A stretch of DNA of 64,000 bases from a virus. The DNA lies in IMG/VR virus record IMGVR_UViG_3300011113_000675, positions 64,001 through 128,000 of that record. One strand, 5' to 3'. The notes under the pieces are model-generated. The model saw only the letters and a list, made by a program, of their open reading frames with translations. It did not search any database and had not been told where the DNA came from. This document shows positions 47,289 to 55,712 of the stretch, in pieces. The number at the start of each line of letters is the position of its first letter. Position 1 is the stretch's first letter. The translations under genes and the position numbers were made by a program.

Positions 47289-47653
47289 GTCATATCACTG
47301 TTTAATACTGTGGAATAAAGATATTTTTGATTCCATAAGGAAGGTTCAATTATGGAAAGAAACTTTGTCCCATCCTTTTTCTCGTAGAGGTGGTAAATCT
47401 CCCCTATAATCGGTTCAAATCTATAAGATGAGTCGTAGACCTCCTGAGTAATAAGAAACGAATTTTGAAGGGTTTCTGCCTCTTTTAGGAGTTCTTGATA
47501 TCTTCGGTTGAATATCTTGTTTGCTTTATCGGTTCCGTTTTGTTTGAACGGTGTCAAATCGGTGGGTACAATCTTTGGGGCACCAACATGATGGGGATAT
47601 TCCATCAAATTTGGAGTCAAATTTACTTTATCGATATGAGATTGTGTTGACAT
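47270..47653 (-). CDS. DUF2452-like protein
   Basis: YP..VGAPKI...Y.FEPIIGEIYHLY...FLSIIEP..W...L.SD.TW. Confidence 0.7.
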   Translation of the reverse strand: MSTQSHIDKVNLTPNLMEYPHHVGAPKIVPTDLTPFKQNGTDKANKIFNRRYQELLKEAETLQNSFLITQEVYDSSYRFEPIIGEIYHLYEKKDGTKFLSIIEPSLWNQKYLYSTVLNSDMTWSKIN

Positions 47654-47709
47654 AAAAAAACCTCGGATATACCGAGGTTAAATATAAACATTATTTTTTG
47701 AGATACAAA

Positions 47710-48207
47710 TTATTCTCCTTTTATCATTCCCAAGCTGTGTTTCAAAAATTCTTTTGCTCTTTGAGAAACATTGGACAAGGCATAAACTTTTTCGATGTCC
47801 TTTACAAGTTCCTCACCGTGTTCGTTTTCTTTGTACAACTCGATAATTTTATCCATCGCTTTATTACATTGATTTTTGGTTTCATCAAAATAGTTGTAGG
47901 GTTTGAATGCTTTCAAATGATTCATGATGTTATATGCAACATGCTCTCCACCATCAGTAATATTAGGGTGAATTCTCAAAGTCTTTAATAATTCAATTCT
48001 ATCAGTAAGGGCTCCTACACCATTTTTTCGAAGTTGTACTCCCTCGATATAGTCTTCAAGTTCGTCAGATCCAACAATGTCTTCAAGGGTCTTAACGTTT
48101 CCACCATGACAGAATTTTCTATCACCTTTTTCTTCTGATTGCTCAATCATGTATAATTTTTTGATTGACTGTTTTTCTTCTTCTGTAAGTACAAATCTTT
48201 TGCTCAT
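47710..48207 (-). CDS. hypothetical protein with an LTEEEK leader
   Basis: MSKRFVLTEEEKQSIKKLYMIEQ; TATTTAT upstream. Confidence 0.7.
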   Translation of the reverse strand: MSKRFVLTEEEKQSIKKLYMIEQSEEKGDRKFCHGGNVKTLEDIVGSDELEDYIEGVQLRKNGVGALTDRIELLKTLRIHPNITDGGEHVAYNIMNHLKAFKPYNYFDETKNQCNKAMDKIIELYKENEHGEELVKDIEKVYALSNVSQRAKEFLKHSLGMIKGE

Positions 48208-48263
48208 ACCGATAAATATATCAATCATTGTAAATTACTAATCTATTTATCCATAAAAAACAC

Positions 48264-48911
48264 ATGAAAAGAATTTTATACTTTATATCAGTAATTTTAT
48301 TATCCCTATTATTTGCGAGTTCAACTCAGCTACAAGATGAGGTGGTTCTAAAACACACAAATTACACTTCAACATTTAGCATCTCAAAAAAATATCCCGT
48401 GATTGTTGAGTGGTGGGTTACAAAGGCAAAGGTAAGTTGTCCAACACCTTTAAAAAGAAAAGATAATTTCAAACCAGATCCATTATTACCACAACACACA
48501 GACATTGCGAAGGATTATGTAGGTAGTGGATATGATAGAGGACATATGATGCCAGCGGCAGACAATTTATGTCAGACTCAACAGATTCAAGACGAAAGTT
48601 TTTATTTTTCTAACATGGCGGCTCAAACACATAGGTTAAATGCTGGAGATTGGAAATCATTGGAAACATTTACTCGGGACGAATCTAAGTTGAAGGATTC
48701 AATCCATGTTTGGGCGGGTAATGTTGGGGAAGTAAAAAAAATAGGAAGTGTGTCCGTCCCAAAATATTGTTGGAAAGTTATTCACATTAAAAAGGAAAAT
48801 AAGTGGGTAGCGTACTTGTTTGAAAACAATACGTCAGCTCCTGATGGATTCAAAAACAACGAAGTCGCCCTTAAGGACATTATGTCCTTAACTGGTTTTA
48901 CATTTCGCTAA
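48264..48911 (+). CDS. secreted DNA/RNA non-specific endonuclease (NucA/EndoG-like)
   Basis: Signal peptide; GYDRGHM, F..SNM..Q...LN.G.W..LE. Confidence 0.88.
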   Translation: MKRILYFISVILLSLLFASSTQLQDEVVLKHTNYTSTFSISKKYPVIVEWWVTKAKVSCPTPLKRKDNFKPDPLLPQHTDIAKDYVGSGYDRGHMMPAADNLCQTQQIQDESFYFSNMAAQTHRLNAGDWKSLETFTRDESKLKDSIHVWAGNVGEVKKIGSVSVPKYCWKVIHIKKENKWVAYLFENNTSAPDGFKNNEVALKDIMSLTGFTFR

Positions 48912-49125
48912 ACAAATATTTGTTAATATTGTCTATAGTGAAGACCGTTTCTCTCTTATCATAGACATGTTCCCACAATGTTTTGTTTTTAAGATATGGG
49001 TGAGGTTGAGACTTCGCCCATTTTTTTCCCATCTCATAGTCTTCGACTTTGTAGGTTAATTTTTTAGTTGGTTTTGTTGCGAACCAACTTCTCACCGTCA
49101 TTTTTAGTTGATGTATCATAAGCAT
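48898..49125 (-). CDS. hypothetical protein
   Basis: ORF track. Confidence 0.5.
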   Translation of the reverse strand: MLMIHQLKMTVRSWFATKPTKKLTYKVEDYEMGKKWAKSQPHPYLKNKTLWEHVYDKRETVFTIDNINKYLFSEM

Positions 49126-49159
49126 AAAAAAACCCCTAATGTAAGGGGTCTAAAGTTTT

Positions 49160-49354
49160 TTATAGATATAATTTCTGTGTATCCAAATAAAGTTGTTTCA
49201 TTCGTCCTTCCAAAATAGTAATTTGTTTTTGGTCGGCTTCCGAAACATCAAAACTTTTGGCTTTAATCAGTCTAACTTGTTCCGCCATTTTTTCGTATCT
49301 GAATAACATGTCGTTGTAAAGTTTTGCTTTTTCGTCGTTTGTTAAATAACCCAT
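49160..49354 (-). CDS. hypothetical protein
   Basis: ORF with TATTTAT upstream. Confidence 0.6.
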   Translation of the reverse strand: MGYLTNDEKAKLYNDMLFRYEKMAEQVRLIKAKSFDVSEADQKQITILEGRMKQLYLDTQKLYL

Positions 49355-49399
49355 AATTTTGTTTTTTATAAATATATTCTGAGATTTTAAAATTGTAAA

Positions 49400-49681
49400 T
49401 TACTTTTCGTATTTGATTTCGGTATGTGCTTTCTTAATTCCGTCAAGACCTTTATAAATCAAATCCTTAACTTCAGGACGAGTTTTCTTTCCTCCCTTAA
49501 ACATTGATATTAATTCTTCCAAACTATCAATTACTTCTTCACTTGCATCGATTACATCCAAATTACCATTATCAGTGTCTGTTTGCATGGGTTGTGTATA
49601 TATGTCCAAGTCCATGGCAACACTATTTGACCCTGTTTCAACTAATTTTTTATATTGACTTTCACTAATAATGACTTTCAT
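49400..49681 (-). CDS. hypothetical protein with an IISESQ leader
   Basis: MKVIISESQYKKLVE. Confidence 0.7.
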   Translation of the reverse strand: MKVIISESQYKKLVETGSNSVAMDLDIYTQPMQTDTDNGNLDVIDASEEVIDSLEELISMFKGGKKTRPEVKDLIYKGLDGIKKAHTEIKYEK

Positions 49682-49716
49682 CGTAATCTCGATTATATTT
49701 ATAAATACATAAAAGT

Positions 49717-50307
49717 ATGGATATGAGACAAATTATAAAATTAATCTTCGTTTTGTCATTAGTTATTATGACATCTTGTTCAAGTCAACAAGGAATAGTT
49801 TATAGAAATTGTGATTGTAATACCACAAACTTTGGGTTTGGATGGAATAATAATCCATATTGGGGGTTAAACAACGGATTTTATGGATGGAATAACCCAT
49901 TTTGGGGATGGAATAGTTGGAATTGGTACCCTTATCGTGTAATTCCGAGATATTACGTATATCCGAATAGAATTCAACCATCTGAACCTTCGAGATATGA
50001 AAGAAGACAGACTATTGGAGCTAGACCAAGTAGAAGTTTCCAAAATGAACCAAGTAATACAGATAATTTGTATCCAAGAAGAACTGAATCGAACAGATTT
50101 GAGAATCAAACTCCAAATAGATGGGAATCACCATCTAGAACTCAACCAAATAGAGTAGAAACACCTTCGAGGGTTCAACAAAGGACCAATTCAAACGTTA
50201 ACACTCAACCAAGTCGTGTGGAATCACCTTCAAGAGTCCAACAACGAACAAATACACCTGTCACAACACAACCAACAAGAAGTAGAGTCCAAAACAGGGA
50301 AAATTAA
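49717..50307 (+). CDS. lipoprotein with a Trp/Asn/Gly-rich segment and PSR repeats
   Basis: Lipobox MTSC; repeated (E/T)xPSR units. Confidence 0.7.
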   Translation: MDMRQIIKLIFVLSLVIMTSCSSQQGIVYRNCDCNTTNFGFGWNNNPYWGLNNGFYGWNNPFWGWNSWNWYPYRVIPRYYVYPNRIQPSEPSRYERRQTIGARPSRSFQNEPSNTDNLYPRRTESNRFENQTPNRWESPSRTQPNRVETPSRVQQRTNSNVNTQPSRVESPSRVQQRTNTPVTTQPTRSRVQNREN

Positions 50308-50513
50308 GGTTTTTTTGGTTTTTTTGAGGATTTATCCTTCCATTCTAACCAAAAACCTGTTGCAACAACGATATTCATGCCCATGGACGCAATAATTTCA
50401 TGTAAATCATCGTAAATGTTGGTTGTTAGGTGTACATGCCCAACAATCCAAAAAGGAATTGATAAATTCGAGGCAATCCACTTAATCAAAAACTTAAAAA
50501 ACTTCAATTTCAT
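50304..50513 (-). CDS. small membrane protein
   Basis: Two hydrophobic segments. Confidence 0.55.
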   Translation of the reverse strand: MKLKFFKFLIKWIASNLSIPFWIVGHVHLTTNIYDDLHEIIASMGMNIVVATGFWLEWKDKSSKKPKKP

Positions 50514-50964
50514 GTAAAAAATGTTCTACTGTAATGTTTTTTTCGGGAATGTGCTTTTTGAGCTCCAAAAATCGTCTTACAAGACTGTATGGAAACCCAT
50601 ATCGTTCATTAAGTTTCCAATTTTTGGTATTTTCTTGGGTAATTCCGTCAATATAATAAGAAATATCCAAACTTCTCCTTGAAATTTGGTTTATTGGGTG
50701 TCCAAAACTACTTTCTACCCATTTTTTTAACAAAATTTGATATTCTTTCTGTTCCAAAGAGAAAAAATAAAAAAAATCATCAAAAAACTTCGGGTTATAG
50801 TGTAATTTTCCCTCACTATCGTACTGAAAATACCAATTTACCTCTTCTAAATCCAAAATCCATATATCTTTACCATAGGGATAGTAAATTTTACCCGATA
50901 TTTCATTAAAAAGTCGTTGAAAAATGAATTTTCTCAGTTTTTTATTGTCTATTATAGTCACCAA
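50494..50964 (-). CDS. hypothetical protein, distant member of the 9798/58257 family
   Basis: LRKFIF..L...IW..D....WY.....GKL.Y...FF.DFF..F.LE..EY...L..WVE. Confidence 0.6.
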   Translation of the reverse strand: MVTIIDNKKLRKFIFQRLFNEISGKIYYPYGKDIWILDLEEVNWYFQYDSEGKLHYNPKFFDDFFYFFSLEQKEYQILLKKWVESSFGHPINQISRRSLDISYYIDGITQENTKNWKLNERYGFPYSLVRRFLELKKHIPEKNITVEHFLHEIEVF

Positions 50965-51263
50965 AAAAAAAATATATTATAAATTATATAAAGAACATAG
51001 GTATATACAAAAAAACCCTCATTCAATGAGGGATTTATTTGGATTTTCTTTTCGTTAAAAAATAACGTATCCCTTTTACATCGAAAAACTCAGTGCCGAC
51101 CTCAAAAACATGTTTTTTCAGAGGTTCGAACGTCAAAACTTCATCAGAATATTTTAAGAGAATCCTGTTTTCTTCGATTTTAATTAAATTGATATTTTCC
51201 ATAACTAAAATATAAGAAATTTTTCCAATAAAAAAAACCTCACTTCAAAGGTGAGGTCAAATT

Positions 51264-51659
51264 TTAAGGAAACTCTGCGTTGAGTTTATCAACACTCGAG
51301 GTACATTCACATTGGGTTATGTTGAATACTTTATTCCCATCAGTTCTTTTGGCATACCAATCATTTTCAATCTTTATGTATCTCCATCTTGTATCACCTG
51401 GATATTGTTTGAGATTAGCCTCATCTTCGAATTTCTGAGTTATGTTTGTATCAGTTACTGGTGGACATGGTTTTACTCTACATCCACTTGAGGAAGTCGT
51501 TGTTGCCTCAGATGGGTATGAGCCTATATTATTGGCCTCAAAAAAAGATGCACTCACTTCACCTTCAGTTTCAGTTGCAGTACTTTGCTCTAACATCAAC
51601 TTTTTGTGTAAGTTAATTATTCTAACTTTTTCTTCTTCGGATACTATAAACTTTTTCAT
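51264..51659 (-). CDS. hypothetical protein with a VSEEEK leader
   Basis: MKKFIVSEEEKVRIINLHKKLMLEQ. Confidence 0.7.
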   Translation of the reverse strand: MKKFIVSEEEKVRIINLHKKLMLEQSTATETEGEVSASFFEANNIGSYPSEATTTSSSGCRVKPCPPVTDTNITQKFEDEANLKQYPGDTRWRYIKIENDWYAKRTDGNKVFNITQCECTSSVDKLNAEFP

Positions 51660-52360
51660 TAAATTAAATTATTATCTTTTTGATACTGAACCAATTTATC
51701 TTTTGTTTTATTTCCAAATATACCATCGGTAACTAATTTAGTACCTGTACCTTTTTCATTCAAGAAATGTTGAAGCTGGACCACTTTGGGTCCCCGACTA
51801 TCAAATTTTAAAGGAAAATCAGATGTGTCTGTTTCATCAGACGTATCAGAATCCGAATCACCAGTTTGACTTGAGTATGTTTCTCCACCGTCTTTTTTTA
51901 TAGTAAAATTCGAATCTCCATCACATGCCCACTCCCCTCTTTCGGCGAAAACAAGGTTCTTCATATTGACCCATCTTAGCTTGTTATCTGAGTTAGGTTT
52001 ATAAAATATCCATATTTCTGTTGGAGAAATTCTAATACCTTTCGAATCATCCCAATTTATGATTTCAACTCCTTTTTCTCTGAAATGATTCAGGATACAA
52101 TTGAAATTGAAGACCCAAGCAAATGATTTAGACGAAAACGTATAATCTCCAGAGGTGACAAAATAATTGTCATTTCCATCACATTCCCATGTTCCAGTGT
52201 CTAAAATTTCCATATTTTTTGTATGGGTCCATTTTCCATCATCATAGAATTCCCATGATTCTGATCTGCCAATATAATGCAAAATATATGAATCATATTC
52301 CCTCCAGGTATATGTTCTTGCATCAGCAGCTTTCTTAACACATTCTCTATTTCTACTCAT
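51659..52360 (-). CDS. protein with two GxWxCDG modules and a C-terminal PG-binding domain
   Basis: GTWECDGNDNY and GEWACDGDSNF; GPKVVQLQHFL..DGIFGNKT. Confidence 0.7.
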   Translation of the reverse strand: MSRNRECVKKAADARTYTWREYDSYILHYIGRSESWEFYDDGKWTHTKNMEILDTGTWECDGNDNYFVTSGDYTFSSKSFAWVFNFNCILNHFREKGVEIINWDDSKGIRISPTEIWIFYKPNSDNKLRWVNMKNLVFAERGEWACDGDSNFTIKKDGGETYSSQTGDSDSDTSDETDTSDFPLKFDSRGPKVVQLQHFLNEKGTGTKLVTDGIFGNKTKDKLVQYQKDNNLI

Positions 52361-52361
52361 A

Positions 52362-54095
52362 TTATTGTCGATTTCTACCAGATTGTTGATTTCTACCAGG
52401 TCTAGCCGGAGGTGGTGTTGGTCCTTGTCTTGGTGTAGTGTCTACTCCTTGTACATCAGTTGGTGTTAGTACTCTCGTTAAAGAATCAAGTCTTTGTCGA
52501 TCGAGTTGATTAGCTCTCATTGCGGAATCCAACCTTGCCTGACTCACATCTGCTAAAGAATCTAATTCTCGTTGATATCGTACCGCTTCAGCTCCAGCGT
52601 TTTGAGCCGCCTCGATTGACAAATCTCGTATACCTCCTTGCGTGACCCAATAATCCGTTTCATCAATCAATTTTTGCCAAATATTTGTAAATGGGTTCAA
52701 TGCTTTAAGTACATCCACCACGGGGATTGGTAATTCTTTCCCGTGTATTTTAATAAATTCATCAGTATATATACCCATCGCTTTCTTGAATTCTTCGAAC
52801 ATGAAATATTTTACTGCTTCGGTGGTCTCTTCAAACGGTATTTCTTGAGTGATAAGACTATTTTTAATGTATTCCCATAACCCGAAGAAAACTGGCCAAA
52901 CAATTTTAGCAACTCCTTGGAAATATAAATATAAGTACCAAGCCCCTTTTGGTACTCCATATCTTAGTAAGAAACTTTTATAAATTGCCGAAATGTTAGT
53001 TGCATATCCTATAGTTATTCCTGAAAATATTCTTTGTAAGAGTTTTGCCCAGCCTGTAGTAATTCCTACTAATTTATCCTTTGTCATATTAACAAAAGGA
53101 ACCCATTGGAAAGCATCACTTATTTCTTGGATTAACTGATTATCATCTAACACACTCTTGAAATATGATTCAGCATTCTTGCCAAGTGCCTCATTTGCTT
53201 TTAGAGCTTGAACTATGTCCAACCCTTTATCTGTACCTGTAGCCTTATTTACTTCACGTTGAATTAAATTATAAATTTCTTGTTTAACTAAATCTTCGTT
53301 TTTCCTAAGTGCTTCGATTTCTGTATCAATTAATCGATATAATTCTGCTGGTGATTCTGCTTCATTTATCAATTTATCAGCAGCTTCTTTGAGATAACCC
53401 ACAATTCTCTCCATACTTTGAGCCCTTTGACCCTTGAACCTATTCAATAGATTGGTAATAGTGTATTTCAACTTAGCTCTAAATCCTCTGAACGCGCCGA
53501 GTCCCATGAGTTTTTTATCCACAATACTCAAAACACCTGGTGCAATTTCATCCCATTTTTTGAAAGTATCTCGTAAATCTTTCATCAGTTTATCGTCTGG
53601 AACATTTTTGGGTGGTGGGGTGATTGGATTCCTTGGTACTCCATCCAAAACATCTTTGATTTGTTTCTTAATAATTTTGTCTATTCCAGGCCATTGCTCG
53701 AAAAGACCCTCGAGGGCTCGCAACTGACTATCAATTATTTCATCATCTATTCTTAGATTATTTTTTTTGAAATCCGTTAGACGGTTTGTTACAGCTGTAA
53801 TCTCGGCTTGATAACTATCATCCAAAACCCCAAATATTCTTGGAATAATCTCGTCGGCAAACCTTTTTTCCAAGGTTACTAATTCGGATAAAACCTCAAC
53901 TGCTTCCACATCAGTTTTTGCGTTTCGTAAACGTAAAAATTCATCAGAGTGCTTTGCGAAAAGTTCCGCCAATTCATCACCCAAACTCAAAAGTACGTCG
54001 GCAATCGCTTTGTATCGAGATTCAGTAAGTAATTGAACTTCCATTAAAACTCTCATTCTTGAGATTTCTTCATTTAACGTTTTTCTATTTTTCAT
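52362..54095 (-). CDS. large helical protein with TM segments and an LNEEI leader
   Basis: TLNEEISRMRVLME..LLTE; hydrophobic region around aa 350-410. Confidence 0.65.
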   Translation of the reverse strand: MKNRKTLNEEISRMRVLMEVQLLTESRYKAIADVLLSLGDELAELFAKHSDEFLRLRNAKTDVEAVEVLSELVTLEKRFADEIIPRIFGVLDDSYQAEITAVTNRLTDFKKNNLRIDDEIIDSQLRALEGLFEQWPGIDKIIKKQIKDVLDGVPRNPITPPPKNVPDDKLMKDLRDTFKKWDEIAPGVLSIVDKKLMGLGAFRGFRAKLKYTITNLLNRFKGQRAQSMERIVGYLKEAADKLINEAESPAELYRLIDTEIEALRKNEDLVKQEIYNLIQREVNKATGTDKGLDIVQALKANEALGKNAESYFKSVLDDNQLIQEISDAFQWVPFVNMTKDKLVGITTGWAKLLQRIFSGITIGYATNISAIYKSFLLRYGVPKGAWYLYLYFQGVAKIVWPVFFGLWEYIKNSLITQEIPFEETTEAVKYFMFEEFKKAMGIYTDEFIKIHGKELPIPVVDVLKALNPFTNIWQKLIDETDYWVTQGGIRDLSIEAAQNAGAEAVRYQRELDSLADVSQARLDSAMRANQLDRQRLDSLTRVLTPTDVQGVDTTPRQGPTPPPARPGRNQQSGRNRQ

Positions 54096-55380
54096 TTCCT
54101 TGTTTTTTTTCGTCAGATTTCATTTTTAATAGTTCCAACGTTTTGGAATCAACTATACCAGTTTCTTCCAATTCATTATTCCATTGAAACAATATAACTG
54201 CGTCAAAAGTATTATTACCGAAATCTCCATCGACACCTTTTTTCTCTGTATTATATCCTTTCAAAGTCAATCCATACTCCAAACTATCCAACATCTCTTG
54301 TACTTTTCTTACAGATTCTCCTTTTTGTCCGAATTCAATAACATATGGTTTTTTTGTTTTTGGGTCAATTTTTCCTGCCAACACATCCTGAATCGGTGGT
54401 GATATCATTTGATTTTCAGATTTTATCTTTTCCTCTAATCCTCTCATGGTTTCCTGATGTTCTTGTTCCAGTCGTGCTGACTCTGTGCAATCAACTTGTT
54501 TTAATAAATTAGGATTATCCTTGAACATTTGTTCGTGTTTCTTAAAATAGTCTCCTACTTCTTTTACAATACGTTCTTTAATCTTGGGATCTTTGAGAAA
54601 CTGTACCAATTGATAAAAAGATGAATCCTGACGTAGTTTCATTTTTTCTTCATCGGTTCCATAAAGGGCTAAATAAACTTCATCATATGTGTAGTAAATC
54701 CCTCCAATTGTAAAACCGAGCTTACCAAGACTCCAACTCATTTTTGTCAACAATAACACTGTCCCAAATAATAATTTACCACCAGTTTGTAGTATATTCG
54801 CAACGACTTGAGTGACGAAATATTTTTGTGTCAGATTTGCAATTTTCTGAGAATGTTGGGTAAGTTCTGACATTAATTCATCGGCTTGTTTTACTATTGC
54901 CTTTTCTGCGTCGGTCAATGTTTTCCTTTTAGCAAGTTCCCTACCCTTTTTGATGGTATCAAGGACCTGTTTTTTTCCTCTAGCCATGCTTCTTGAAACT
55001 CTTGGGCTCATGAGAGCAAATTCTGATGCAGGAATCAAACAAAAAGATAAAACCAATCCCGCCATGTAGTCGTCATCTTCATATAAATAAAGCCCTCCAT
55101 CAGCAAGACACGCTGCGGTTGAAACTCCCAAAAGAACTCCAGATGCTGGTGATGGAATTAATCCTAAGAGACCTGCTGCAACGTCGACAAAAGTCAACCA
55201 ATCATGTGCATCCCATGTTCTCATCCACTGTGGTGTTTTCGTGACTAACAATCCACCTGGAGAGAGCCCCCAGGCGCTTATGTTATTAAGTCCGATTTGC
55301 TCGTTGAGAACATTAACTCCCATCAAACTTTGAATTCGTTCTATTTCAGATTCATAAAGATATTTACCTCCTTGGTTCAC
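54085..55380 (-). CDS. protein with hydrophobic helices and a C-terminal PG-binding domain
   Basis: LYESEIERIQSLMG..LNEQ; AAGLLGLIP...ADGGLY...LIP; GESVRKVQEML..DGDFG..T..AV..FQ; probable GTG start at 55380. Confidence 0.65.
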   Translation of the reverse strand: MNQGGKYLYESEIERIQSLMGVNVLNEQIGLNNISAWGLSPGGLLVTKTPQWMRTWDAHDWLTFVDVAAGLLGLIPSPASGVLLGVSTAACLADGGLYLYEDDDYMAGLVLSFCLIPASEFALMSPRVSRSMARGKKQVLDTIKKGRELAKRKTLTDAEKAIVKQADELMSELTQHSQKIANLTQKYFVTQVVANILQTGGKLLFGTVLLLTKMSWSLGKLGFTIGGIYYTYDEVYLALYGTDEEKMKLRQDSSFYQLVQFLKDPKIKERIVKEVGDYFKKHEQMFKDNPNLLKQVDCTESARLEQEHQETMRGLEEKIKSENQMISPPIQDVLAGKIDPKTKKPYVIEFGQKGESVRKVQEMLDSLEYGLTLKGYNTEKKGVDGDFGNNTFDAVILFQWNNELEETGIVDSKTLELLKMKSDEKKQGNEK

Positions 55381-55441
55381 AATTAAATCTTTTTTATATA
55401 AATATATTGGTAATATCAATTATTTTGTATACTTTTGTTTC

Positions 55442-55696
55442 ATGATAAATTGGAACATTGGATCGAAAATAAAGTCTCTCGCAAAAAAAACAATTCACGT
55501 TATTGAGTCGATTGAGACTGTTGAAGGAAAAACTGTGATTTTCACTGAAGACACAAAATGTTTTCCAGCTGAAGATGTTAAAGAACATTACGACTCGTTC
55601 GTAGCAGAATACTTTATGAAAGTGTTTTCAGGACAGGAACCCACCATCGAAGATCGAGAAAAGATGAAAAAAATATTCAGGGCAAAAAAACAGTGA
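55442..55696 (+). CDS. hypothetical protein
   Basis: ORF track. Confidence 0.55.
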   Translation: MINWNIGSKIKSLAKKTIHVIESIETVEGKTVIFTEDTKCFPAEDVKEHYDSFVAEYFMKVFSGQEPTIEDREKMKKIFRAKKQ

Positions 55697-55712
55697 TTTA
55701 TAATAAGTAATG

